Positions 1-8,229 of a stretch of DNA of 17,977 bases are shown here, piece after piece. A program made the translations under genes and the position numbers. This stretch comes from Spirochaetaceae bacterium (GTDB taxonomy: Bacteria; Spirochaetota; Spirochaetia; Treponematales; Breznakiellaceae), in NCBI GenBank assembly GCA_031257255.1, contig JAIROZ010000119.1:1-17977 (forward strand). The letters are read 5' to 3'. Below the pieces are notes generated by a model, which saw only the letters and a list, made by a program, of their open reading frames with translations, did no database searches and had not been told where the DNA came from. Every line of letters begins with the position of its first letter. Position 1 is the first letter of the stretch.

Positions 1-662
1 TGGATAACCGCGACATCTTCTATGACCCTTCCAAAGGCTACTATCTGATTGACAGATTCGGCATATACGGCATTTTGCCCGGCGATATAGAAGAAGAACA
101 TTATATCCGCAACGACATAAAGGCGGAAATTTTTTGGACGCTTTGGAATCTTCCCATAGGCGATAACTGGGCGTTCAAAGGTGTTTTTGGCTTGCATACG
201 GGACTTTCGTTCCTTTTCCCGCAGCCCGGCAACAAAAATCCCATTGTAGAAGATGTAAACAAATTGTACATAGACGGAATGTTCAACGGCAGAGGCTGGG
301 TCGGCGAGCGGAATAACCGAGGCTATGCCCTCTGGGAAAATTGGGCGGAACTCCGCATACCGATAGTGCCGGGGATGATAGCGGTGGACGGCTTCTTTGA
401 CATAGCCGAGATTGCCAGCGAGCCTTCCCGCATCTTTGCGGACGACCCGCTTGCAACTAACGGCAGTTTTATTGACCGCCTTAGGTTTAGTTTTGGCGGC
501 GGCTTGCGCTTTGCAATTCCGCAGTTCCCCTTCCGCTTCCTCTTTGCAAAACGCTTCAGGTTTGAAAACGGAAACTTTACATGGCAGCGCGGCGCGATAG
601 GCGGCGGTTCCGGCAACGGCGGCATAGACTTTGTACTTTCGTTTGCGCTTTCAACTTATTGA
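1..662 (+). CDS. Omp85/BamA-family outer-membrane protein, C-terminal beta-barrel portion; the 5' end lies outside the window
   Basis: The reading frame is open from base 3 to a stop at 660-662. The C-terminal region is rich in alternating aromatic and hydrophobic residues with Gly-rich loops (GGGLRFAIPQFPFRFLFAKRFRF...), as is typical of the terminal beta-strands of Omp85 barrels. There is no start codon in the window upstream of the first M at base 75. Confidence 0.5.
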   Translation, partial: DNRDIFYDPSKGYYLIDRFGIYGILPGDIEEEHYIRNDIKAEIFWTLWNLPIGDNWAFKGVFGLHTGLSFLFPQPGNKNPIVEDVNKLYIDGMFNGRGWVGERNNRGYALWENWAELRIPIVPGMIAVDGFFDIAEIASEPSRIFADDPLATNGSFIDRLRFSFGGGLRFAIPQFPFRFLFAKRFRFENGNFTWQRGAIGGGSGNGGIDFVLSFALSTY

Positions 663-707
663 GATTATCCCCACAATTCCTTCACAATCCGCTTATATAC
701 TGCAATT

Positions 708-2558
708 ATGCAAACTGAATTTTGTGCCGGCGGTATGACATGCATAAACTGCCAAAACAGGATAGAACAAAAACTCAAAAGTATTGAGGGCGTGGAAAAC
801 GCCGCCGTTAGTTATACTACAGGAAAAGTCTCCATTACATGGAACCCGGAACTTGTAACGCTTGCCGGAATAAAGCAGGCGGTAGAGTCTTTGGGCTACA
901 ACATTATTGACGGGGATGCAAGCAATAAAATGCCGGCAGGAACGATAGCCGGAACGCTCTTAATCATAGCGGCGCTGTATTTGATAATGCGGGCATTGGG
1001 TATAGGCGCGGCGGCATCAGCATTGCCATTGGCGCAGTCCGGTATGAGTTACGGAATGTTATTTGTTCTGGGGCTTTTGACTTCGCTCCATTGCGCCGCC
1101 ATGTGCGGCGGCATCAATTTGTCGCAATGCTTGAATAAAGAACAGTGGGCAGCGGGCAGCGGACAGATGAACAGGCTCGCCGCGCCCATCCTTTACAACA
1201 CAGGGCGCGTCATCTCTTACACGATAGTAGGCGCGCTTGCCGGGGCGCTTGGCGGCATTGTTACAATAAGCGGCAGGCTTCAAGGGCTTGTGCAGATTAT
1301 TGCCGGTATTTTTATGGTGATTATGGGCGTTAATATGCTCAATCTATTTCCAGCCCTGCGCCGTTTTAACCTGAGTCTTCCTTCATTCTTTGCCGAAAAG
1401 AGAAACCGCCTATCCGGCAGCACTGCCGGACGCAGCCCCCTCGTTATCGGACTCTTGAACGGTCTAATGCCTTGCGGTCCCCTGCAAGCAATGCAGATTT
1501 ACGCGCTCTCCACAGGAAGTCCGCTGGCGGGCGGCATCTCTATGTTCCTTTTTAGTTTAGGGACGGCGCCGCTTATGTTCGGCATAGGGGCGCTAAGTTC
1601 GATGTTAAGCGGCGCGAAAGGAAAGGCTTTTGCGCGTTATGTTCAAAATGCGGGTGCCGTTCTGGTAACGGCAATGGGCTTGATGATGTTTACATACGGC
1701 TGGTCTCTGGGCGGACTTCCTTCTCCTACAGACGCGCTAAATGTTGCCTTTACACAAAAATCAGTCGGCGGAGAAATTTTTGCGCCGCTTATAGAAAACG
1801 GCGTTCAAATTGTTAATTCAACATTGAGTCCCGGCAGATACCCCGCCATAACTGTACAAGAAGGCATCCCCGTTAGATGGACGATTAACGCGCCCGCCGG
1901 CAGCATAAATGGCTGTAATAACAGAATGTTCATCCGCGAATACGGCATAGAACACCGCTTTAGGCAGGGCGAGAATATAATAGAGTTTATGCCGGAAAAA
2001 ACGGGGCGTTTTACTTACTCATGCTGGATGGGGATGATACGCAGCAATATAACCGTTTTGGCGGAAGGCGAGGCTGCCGCCGTAGCCGCCGAACCTGACC
2101 TTAACCCAGCGCCTGCGGGCGTAACCATCCCGACAGACAAATTCGCGTTAGCCAAAATTGAGGGCGAGGGCAGGTCGGCGTATCAGACTGTAAATGTCAA
2201 TCTGCGGGATGACGGCATAGAACCGGCGCTCATAATAGTAGAGCGCGGCGTTCCTACACTTTGGACTATCAACAACAATTCTTTGGATGCCGGCAACAGC
2301 CGCCTGATATTTCCGTCATACTATACACAAACCGGAATAAACAAGGGCGAAAATGTCATTCAGTTACTGCCCACCGCGGATTTTGATTATTCCACAGGCG
2401 ACAATGTTTTTTACGGTTTTGTAAAGGTTGTGGATGATTTGAACAATGTTGACCTTGACGCGGTAAAATCCGAAGTAAACAACTTTGAAACTCTGATTTA
2501 CCCGGACGCCTATTTTGAAGCGGCAGCGCAGGGCGGCGGAGGATGCTGCGGCGGATGA
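708..2558 (+). CDS. Heavy-metal-associated (HMA) domain fused to a polytopic membrane permease (DsbD_2/UreH-like, with conserved Cys in the TM region), followed by one or two C-terminal cupredoxin-like domains and a GGGGCCGG tail
   Basis: The N-terminus carries GMTCxxC...IEQKL...V..A.VS, the classic HMA fold motif. The middle has about 6-8 hydrophobic segments with an LHCAAMCGG motif. The C-terminal soluble region contains a Cys...Met (SCWMGM) cupredoxin-like signature and a degenerate second copy. The terminal Cys/Gly-rich tail suggests metal binding. Confidence 0.6.
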   Translation: MQTEFCAGGMTCINCQNRIEQKLKSIEGVENAAVSYTTGKVSITWNPELVTLAGIKQAVESLGYNIIDGDASNKMPAGTIAGTLLIIAALYLIMRALGIGAAASALPLAQSGMSYGMLFVLGLLTSLHCAAMCGGINLSQCLNKEQWAAGSGQMNRLAAPILYNTGRVISYTIVGALAGALGGIVTISGRLQGLVQIIAGIFMVIMGVNMLNLFPALRRFNLSLPSFFAEKRNRLSGSTAGRSPLVIGLLNGLMPCGPLQAMQIYALSTGSPLAGGISMFLFSLGTAPLMFGIGALSSMLSGAKGKAFARYVQNAGAVLVTAMGLMMFTYGWSLGGLPSPTDALNVAFTQKSVGGEIFAPLIENGVQIVNSTLSPGRYPAITVQEGIPVRWTINAPAGSINGCNNRMFIREYGIEHRFRQGENIIEFMPEKTGRFTYSCWMGMIRSNITVLAEGEAAAVAAEPDLNPAPAGVTIPTDKFALAKIEGEGRSAYQTVNVNLRDDGIEPALIIVERGVPTLWTINNNSLDAGNSRLIFPSYYTQTGINKGENVIQLLPTADFDYSTGDNVFYGFVKVVDDLNNVDLDAVKSEVNNFETLIYPDAYFEAAAQGGGGCCGG

Positions 2559-2576
2559 ACCAAACCGGCGCGGTTA

Positions 2577-2604
2577 TTGACAATTTATTACTTTGTGCTA
2601 TACT
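2577..2604 (+). promoter_or_regulatory. Near-consensus sigma70 promoter: TTGACA, a 16-nt spacer, and an extended -10 TGcTATACT
   Basis: Read directly from the sequence: TTGACA at 2577-2582, TG at 2596-2597, and TATACT at 2599-2604. Confidence 0.6.
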
Positions 2605-2630
2605 AAAAATGGGCGGGGAAATCTTATTAC

Positions 2631-2636
2631 AAGGAG
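2631..2636 (+). promoter_or_regulatory. Shine-Dalgarno AAGGAG, 7 nt upstream of the ATG at 2644
   Basis: AAGGAG at 2631-2636 is followed by the spacer ttctagt and then ATG at 2644-2646. Confidence 0.6.
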
Positions 2637-2643
2637 TTCTAGT

Positions 2644-4379
2644 ATGGCTTACAGAAACTTCAAAATGAACACTGCGGCGAGGTGCCGCAGCGCGGGACAG
2701 GACGCGGGGAGACGTTCCAGTCATCTTTGTAGAGCGGCTTTACGCCGTTTAATTTTTAACGGGGGGGGGGGGGTATATTAGCCCTTTTTCTAGCCTTGCC
2801 GTTAATAGTATCGTGCAGTGTGGAGGAGGACGAAACGTCGAATTCGGCTAATTCCCCGTCTTTACTCACGGACATCAAAGTTACCGTTACTGCGGGAAAA
2901 GCCGGTAATATCCTGGAATGGGTGCCTGTAGAAGGGGCGGTAACTTACACTGTTTCCCGTAGAGAAAGCGCGTCCACGACCTCTACAAAAGTAACCGGTA
3001 CGCCCGCCAAGACAGTAAAAGAAGGGGTTGAAGTATGGACTCTCGTCGATACTGTAGGCGACAGAAACCAGCTCAATTCCAATGCCGCGTATACTTACAC
3101 GGTAGAAACAAAGATTGGAACGGCTACCGTAAAAGGTGAAGCAGGCGTTACCACTGCCGGGTTGCTGCCTAAAGGTACAAAGTTCGCAGCCCCGGATGCT
3201 GTTGAATTTCAACTTAACAAAGAGACATGGAAGATAACTGTTACCGTTACGCCGCCTGCCGATGGCAACACCGCGCTTGAATACGAGGTAAAGGTTCAAA
3301 ATCCAGACAATCCAGACAAAACCAAATTCGCCGCTTCGGGAACTGTAACCGCTGCTAATTTAACGGCGGAACTTGACTGGAACTATACGATTGACGGACC
3401 TCTTACCGCAACCGCAACCGCAAAATCTCCCAGTACCTACTATATTGCAAGCGGGGCTGTTTCCAGCCAGCCGCAGCCTTTTACGGCGCTGTTTACCGTA
3501 AAAGACGTTCTTAAAGGAGAACTCGAAAAAGAGCCGGCTATAATAGTGGGGAATGACGGACTGCCTACAACCGACCCGCCTACAGCGGAGAATTTATCCG
3601 CTACTCTTGACTTTACTACCATCGGCGCAAAATCCGGTGTTACTTACACTTTTGAGCGGGCAAAAAAAAGAGAGGACGGCACTTTTGACGCCTATGCGGC
3701 AGTTGAATTCAAGGTAAAAGAACTTGATACAGAAAATTCGACAGACACAGATACCATATATCTGTACACTCCGTTCGATACAACCAGCATAACCGAACTG
3801 TTAATCAAAATGGATACCGACTCTCATATCTACGACCGCACTCTTCCCAAAGAAAGCGGAGTGTACCGCTACCGCGTTACCGCCGAAAAAAATACCGAAA
3901 AACAGTCTAAGGAGTCCGGCGAGGTAAATGTAGACATAAAAGAATTTGTTATTGGACAAATAGAGGTAACTAAAGGTACAAACATCTTTACTTTTAAGCC
4001 TTCTGTAAAGTACGCCGGTATATTGGGCGAAAATGACAAACTCAGTATTAAATGGATACGCGGACCCGCTGACAGTTTTAATAAAGACGATGGTTCCTCA
4101 AGGCTGGACTTTGCCAATACCGACTTGGATGACCCGACTAGCGCGACCGCTACGCAGGAAACATCTACGCTCCCGTCAAACACCGGCTCCGGCGCAAAAC
4201 AATCGCTTTTTGCGCGGGCATACCTTATTTTTGAGGACGGCGCTTTTGTCAATATAAGCGACACCAGCAATCTAAAATGGGTTAAGACCGTAACGACAGG
4301 CATAGCAGGTATCAAGTCAATATCATCCTACAAAAATAAAACAGAAGGCGATGTTTACTACGCCACGCTGGATTATTAG
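2644..4379 (+). CDS. Surface lipoprotein with fibronectin-III-like repeats, whose reading frame is interrupted at a poly-G tract. As sequenced, a 45-aa leader frame (2644-2781) and the 527-aa body (frame of 2796-4379) are out of register.
   Basis: The strong promoter, SD and ATG read 39 codons into a G13 tract and stop at 2779-2781. Immediately after the tract, in the adjacent frame, lie a hydrophobic h-region and lipobox (ILALFLALPLIVSC) and a long Thr-rich ORF with repeated W-x-P/Y-x-V/Y-x-Y FN3-like motifs (e.g. ILEWVPVEGAVTYTVSR). The body frame has no ATG or GTG start; the only candidate is a TTG at 2796, inside the lipobox. Tract lengths of G11 or G14 would fuse the two frames. Confidence 0.6.
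2761..2773 (+). repeat. A homopolymeric G13 tract, a slipped-strand mispairing (contingency) site within the 5' coding region
   Basis: There are thirteen consecutive G residues at 2761-2773, flanked by C on the 5' side and T on the 3' side. This is by far the longest homopolymer in the window. Confidence 0.9.
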
Positions 4380-5397
4380 ATTCGCATTTCTCCTTACCCT
4401 CCCTCTCGCGTCTTGCGGGAGGGAGGACATTTCAAAAACTTCTTTTTCCTTTGGCACAGTTTGCAATATCCGCGTCTACGAAAGACTGAACGCCGCCGCG
4501 CTTGACGCTGTTTTTGAACGCCTTGCTCAAATTGAACGCTTGTTCAGCCCGAATATTCCCGAAAGCGATATATCAAAAGTCAACAGTAACGCCGGCATAG
4601 CGCCGGTGCCGGTATCAAACGAAACTGCCTTTGTGCTAAAGGCGGCGCTTAGGACGGCGGAACTTTCCGGCGGCGCGTTCGACCCCAGCATTGGACCGCT
4701 GGTCAAACTTTGGGGCATAGGCACAGATAACGAGAGAATTCCTCTAGACGATGAAATTGCCGCCGCCCTTGCTCTCGTCGACTGGCGGCGTGTTCATATT
4801 GACCAAAGCCCTGCTGACGGCAGCGCCGTGGCTTCCGAATCGGTATTTCTGGAAACCGCCGGTATGGCGCTCGATTTGGGGGCTATAGTTAAGGGCTATG
4901 CGGCGGACGAGGCTGCGCGGATGCTGCGGGATGCGGGTGTACAACGCGCCATCATCGACTTTGGCGGCAACATAGCGGCGCTTGGTCAAAAACGGCACGG
5001 CGGGCTTTCCCCGCGAGAAGAGCCCTGGCGCATAGGTATTCAGAATCCCTCAGAGAGGCGCGGCGTCTATGCCGCCGTTATTCCTTGCGCGGATGCTACT
5101 CTTGTTACAAGCGGCATATATGAGCGCTTTTTTGAAAGCGATGACAAACGCTACCACCACATACTTTCAACCAAAACCGGATACCCGGCAGATAATGAAC
5201 TCGCGTCAGTTACGATAATAATGCCCTTAGCGGGGCATGGCGCGGCGGCGGGTGCCCTGTACGCTTCGATGACGGCGGATGCGCTTTCCACTACGGTTTT
5301 TGCGTTGGGGCGCGAAGAAGGAGAGCGCTTTCTTAAAGCAAACTACCCGGACGCGGACTCCGTTTTTATCCTGAAAACCGGCGAAATCATAAGGTAG
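4351..5397 (+). CDS. apbE: ApbE-family FAD:protein FMN transferase lipoprotein
   Basis: The N-terminus has a lipoprotein signal (LTLPLASC). ApbE motifs are present: AIVKGYAADEAA, GGNIAALG, WRIGIQNP and YHHILSTKTGYP. The start overlaps the 3' end of the upstream lipoprotein gene by 29 nt. Confidence 0.8.
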   Translation: MFTTPRWIIRFAFLLTLPLASCGREDISKTSFSFGTVCNIRVYERLNAAALDAVFERLAQIERLFSPNIPESDISKVNSNAGIAPVPVSNETAFVLKAALRTAELSGGAFDPSIGPLVKLWGIGTDNERIPLDDEIAAALALVDWRRVHIDQSPADGSAVASESVFLETAGMALDLGAIVKGYAADEAARMLRDAGVQRAIIDFGGNIAALGQKRHGGLSPREEPWRIGIQNPSERRGVYAAVIPCADATLVTSGIYERFFESDDKRYHHILSTKTGYPADNELASVTIIMPLAGHGAAAGALYASMTADALSTTVFALGREEGERFLKANYPDADSVFILKTGEIIR

Positions 5398-5429
5398 TCG
5401 TACGCCGCCAAAACCGTCATTATTACAAG

Positions 5430-6116
5430 ATGGACAATAAAAATCCGCCGGCTCTAACTATGGTCGCCACACCTATAGGCAATCTGGGGGACATTACGGC
5501 GCGGGCGCTGGATGCGCTAAAAAATGCCGGGCTTATCGCTTGCGAGGACACACGCCGCACTCTTGCCCTGTTGACACATTTTAATATCAAGGCTAGACTT
5601 ACCTCGTGCAGACAGGCAAACGAAAACGCCGCCGCAGCCGCCGTTATCGCGGCGCTTAAAGCGGGCGAGAATGTTGCCTATGTGTCCGATGCGGGAACTC
5701 CGGGGCTTAGCGACCCTGGGTCTAGGCTGGCGCGGCATGTTCACGAGGCGGGTTTTCCGGTTATTCCGGTGCCTGGTCCTTCAGCATTTGCCGCTTTGCT
5801 CAGCGTTGCGGGCGCAGCCGACAAAACAGTTGTGTTTGAGGGATTTTTATCTCCTAAACAAGGGCGGCGTCAGGCGCGGCTCAAAGAATTGCTGGATTTT
5901 GGCGCGGCTTTCGTTCTTTACGAATCGCCTTACCGGATTCTTAAACTTTTTGAGGGCTTGAACATACTCGCTCCAGTACGCTATTGTTGTGTCGGGCGGG
6001 AAATGACTAAACTGCATGAAGAGTATTTGCGCGGCAGCGTAGAGCAGGTTTACAAAAGCCTTCTTTCTGCCGAAAAACAGTTAGGCGAATTTGCCGTTTA
6101 TGTTTCAGGCAGGTAG
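5430..6116 (+). CDS. rsmI: 16S rRNA (cytidine1402-2'-O)-methyltransferase RsmI (tetrapyrrole-methylase fold)
   Basis: The N-terminus carries VATPIGNLGDIT..RAL..L and ...CEDTR; the central region carries YVSDAGTPGLSDPG and PGPSAF. These are classic RsmI signatures. Confidence 0.8.
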   Translation: MDNKNPPALTMVATPIGNLGDITARALDALKNAGLIACEDTRRTLALLTHFNIKARLTSCRQANENAAAAAVIAALKAGENVAYVSDAGTPGLSDPGSRLARHVHEAGFPVIPVPGPSAFAALLSVAGAADKTVVFEGFLSPKQGRRQARLKELLDFGAAFVLYESPYRILKLFEGLNILAPVRYCCVGREMTKLHEEYLRGSVEQVYKSLLSAEKQLGEFAVYVSGR

Positions 6117-6151
6117 GAGACTAAAAAATGCTTATTTATAGGGCTATTTTT

Positions 6152-6159
6152 GCCGATAT
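6152..6159 (+). promoter_or_regulatory. A candidate sigma28 (FliA) -10-like element, GCCGATAT, upstream of flgM
   Basis: GCCGATAT matches 7 of 8 positions of the sigma28 -10 consensus GCCGATAA and lies 58 nt upstream of the flgM start. No clean TAAA -35 is present at the canonical 15-nt spacing; the nearest TAAA is 26 nt upstream. Confidence 0.3.
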
Positions 6160-6216
6160 TTATGTAGAGGGAAGCGGATTTTCAAAGCCGCATCATTAGG
6201 ATTGAGGTGAGCTTGT

Positions 6217-6549
6217 ATGTCAATCGAAAGAATAGGTCATATTGACCCAATTCAGCCTGGGAGGGGCAGCGGACGAAACAGTCGGATAGAAAAAAATGTT
6301 AATGAAGGCGACTCCGTAAGCATCTCCGGTGAGGCTAGGACGCAAGCCGAATTTCTAAGGGCGCTTGACGTTGTTAAAGAAGCGCCGGATGTCCGCGCAG
6401 CCCGTATCGCGGAAATCAAACAAAAAATAAACTCTCCGGGTTACATAAACGACATTCTTATTAGCGCGACTGCGGACAAAATCGCGGACAGCATTGCAAG
6501 AAAGTCCCAGCAAAATCTTGCAAGTTACCGGATTATTAGTTTTGAATAA
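6217..6549 (+). CDS. flgM: Flagellar anti-sigma-28 factor FlgM
   Basis: The protein is about 110 aa, with an N-terminal disordered region and a DSVSIS motif. The C-terminal region has the FlgM pattern (DVRAARIAEIKQKINSPGY.I....IA). A GAGGTGA SD lies 6 nt upstream. Confidence 0.7.
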   Translation: MSIERIGHIDPIQPGRGSGRNSRIEKNVNEGDSVSISGEARTQAEFLRALDVVKEAPDVRAARIAEIKQKINSPGYINDILISATADKIADSIARKSQQNLASYRIISFE

Positions 6550-6640
6550 TCCGCAAAAACTGCCGTTAAAGGCGGAATTTTGCGTTATTATATAAAAAAT
6601 GCGGAATTTCGGGATATATCCATAAATTTCGCGCTTATTT

Positions 6641-6723
6641 GCGGCTATGGTGGAATTTGGTAGACACGCTAGCTTGAGGTGCTAGTGCCGAGAGGCATGG
6701 AAGTTCAAGTCTTCTTGGCCGCA
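6641..6723 (+). tRNA. tRNA-Leu, anticodon GAG, class II with a long variable arm
   Basis: Folded by hand: a 7-bp acceptor stem (GCGGCTA paired with TGGCCGC, discriminator A); U8; a 3-bp D-stem with G18-G19; an anticodon stem CTAGC/GCTAG; the loop TTGAGGT giving anticodon GAG with G37; a variable arm stem GCC/GGC; and a T-arm GGAAG-TTCAAGT-CTTCT. CCA is not encoded. Confidence 0.85.
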
Positions 6724-6746
6724 AAATTATTTGGACGCAAACCGCA

Positions 6747-7757
6747 ATGAAAAAACCGCTTGCCGCTTTCCTTCCTTTTCTTTGTACTTTACTAGTTATT
6801 GCAGCGCCCGCTCTGCTTATCAAGGCGGGCGTAATTGATGCCTACATAGCCCAAATTATCACAGCGGCAGGCGTAAATGCCATACTCGCAATAAGCGTAA
6901 ACCTAATTACAGGCTTTTGCGGGCAACTTTCGCTGGGACAGGCAGGATTTATGGCTATAGGCGCGTATACTTGTATTTCACTTAACCTTGATTTGGGGCT
7001 CCCGCTGCCTGCCGCCGCCATTGCCGCCTCATCTGTTGCCGCCTTTGCGTCATTTCTTATCGGCTTTCCCAGTCTTAAACTTACCGGCGATTATCTCGCC
7101 ATAGTTACTCTGGGTTTTGGTGAAATTATCCGCGTTATCCTTACAAACCTGCGCCCTATAACAGGCGGCGCAAACGGCAGGCAGTTTACCACAATAATCG
7201 CCGTTGACCCGGCGCTTGCCTTCCTCGTGGTAACACTCTCGCTTACGGCGGTTATCATTCTCTTTCAGAATTTTAACCGCTCCACTTATGGACGCGCCAT
7301 ACTTGCCGTCCGTGAAGACGAGATTGCCGCCAATTCCAGCGGCATAGGCATATTCCGCTACAAAATGGCGGCTTTTATTTGCGCGGGCTTTATTGCGGGC
7401 TTAGGCGGCGCTCTATACGCGATGATTATCGGCTTTGTAAAACCCGATATAGCATCCTTTACCAAGAGCATAGATTACCTGATATTTGTGGTTCTTGGCG
7501 GAATGGGCTCGCTTACAGGCTCCGTTATTGCGTCTTATGTGCTTACCGCTATGCAGGAGGCGCTGCGCTTCCTCAAGGATTACCGCCTTCTCTTCTATCC
7601 CCTCATTCTCATTTTCGTTATGCTCTTCCGTCCGCAGGGACTCCTCGGAATGAAGGAATTTTCTTTTATGGCGCTTGCAAGACGCATCTTCGCTGTAACT
7701 GCCTATATAAAAAAACGCATTGCGGCTTCTCTTTTGGCAAAAAACCGCAAAAATTAG
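6747..7757 (+). CDS. Branched-chain amino-acid ABC transporter permease (LivM/LivH family)
   Basis: The protein is a polytopic membrane protein with the characteristic GQLSLGQAGFMAIGAYT permease motif. No cognate ATPase or binding-protein genes are present in the window. Confidence 0.65.
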   Translation: MKKPLAAFLPFLCTLLVIAAPALLIKAGVIDAYIAQIITAAGVNAILAISVNLITGFCGQLSLGQAGFMAIGAYTCISLNLDLGLPLPAAAIAASSVAAFASFLIGFPSLKLTGDYLAIVTLGFGEIIRVILTNLRPITGGANGRQFTTIIAVDPALAFLVVTLSLTAVIILFQNFNRSTYGRAILAVREDEIAANSSGIGIFRYKMAAFICAGFIAGLGGALYAMIIGFVKPDIASFTKSIDYLIFVVLGGMGSLTGSVIASYVLTAMQEALRFLKDYRLLFYPLILIFVMLFRPQGLLGMKEFSFMALARRIFAVTAYIKKRIAASLLAKNRKN

Positions 7758-7786
7758 CACAACCCCGCCGCTTTTGGCGGGCGTTC

Positions 7787-8221
7787 TCACTTAAAATCGT
7801 GGGCTTTTTTAATATCATCGCAGTATTCGCAGCGGTAAGCGCCTGTTTCCGGGTTTTCCAAGTGGAATATATGCGGAATATATTTCTCTGTGGAAGTTAT
7901 ACAGCGTGGGTTTTTACAGATGAGTACATCTTCCACACGCAGAGGCAGGCGGAGTTTTTTCTTGCCGGTAATCTTTTCGTTTTCGATTATATTAACGGTG
8001 ATATTCGGGTCGATAAGTCCCAGTATGTCAAAATTGATTTCGATTTCGTTATCAATTTTGATAATGTCCTTTTTGCCCATGTGTTTGGACTGCGCATTTA
8101 TTACAAACGCGACATTATGCGGCGTTTTATCAAGCCCCAGCCAGTTGAATACATGCATTCCAAGTCCCGCCTTAATGTGGTCTATTACAATGCCGTTTTT
8201 TATTTTATCAATATTTAACAT
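7787..8221 (-). CDS. pyrI: Aspartate carbamoyltransferase regulatory subunit
   Basis: The N-terminus carries IKNGIVIDHIKAG. The C-terminal Zn domain has the Cys pattern C(108)x4C(113)...C(136)xxC(139) (CKNPRC...CEYC). Confidence 0.85.
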   Translation of the reverse strand: MLNIDKIKNGIVIDHIKAGLGMHVFNWLGLDKTPHNVAFVINAQSKHMGKKDIIKIDNEIEINFDILGLIDPNITVNIIENEKITGKKKLRLPLRVEDVLICKNPRCITSTEKYIPHIFHLENPETGAYRCEYCDDIKKAHDFK

Positions 8222-8229
8222 ATAGCCTC

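Noticed and set aside
3298-3317. A tandem direct repeat, aatccagaca x2
   Set aside because: It has only two copies and is in-frame, encoding NPDNPDK inside the lipoprotein. It is too short to be a CRISPR, VNTR or mobile-element feature. It is noted only as a minor repeat.
4397-4430. The GC-rich inverted repeat CCTCCCTC...GAGGGAGG just after the FN3-lipoprotein stop, considered as a possible terminator or attenuator
   Set aside because: It lies inside the apbE signal-peptide coding region (LTLPLASCGRED). It lacks an adjacent U-tract; the T-rich run is about 15 nt downstream. It is most simply explained by codon choice for Leu/Pro/Gly/Arg. It may still modestly structure the mRNA.
7379-8218. 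A 279-aa ORF on the + strand spanning the livM 3' end and pyrI
   Set aside because: It overlaps two confidently identified genes, livM-like on the same strand in another frame and pyrI antisense. It has no domain signature and is a frame artefact.
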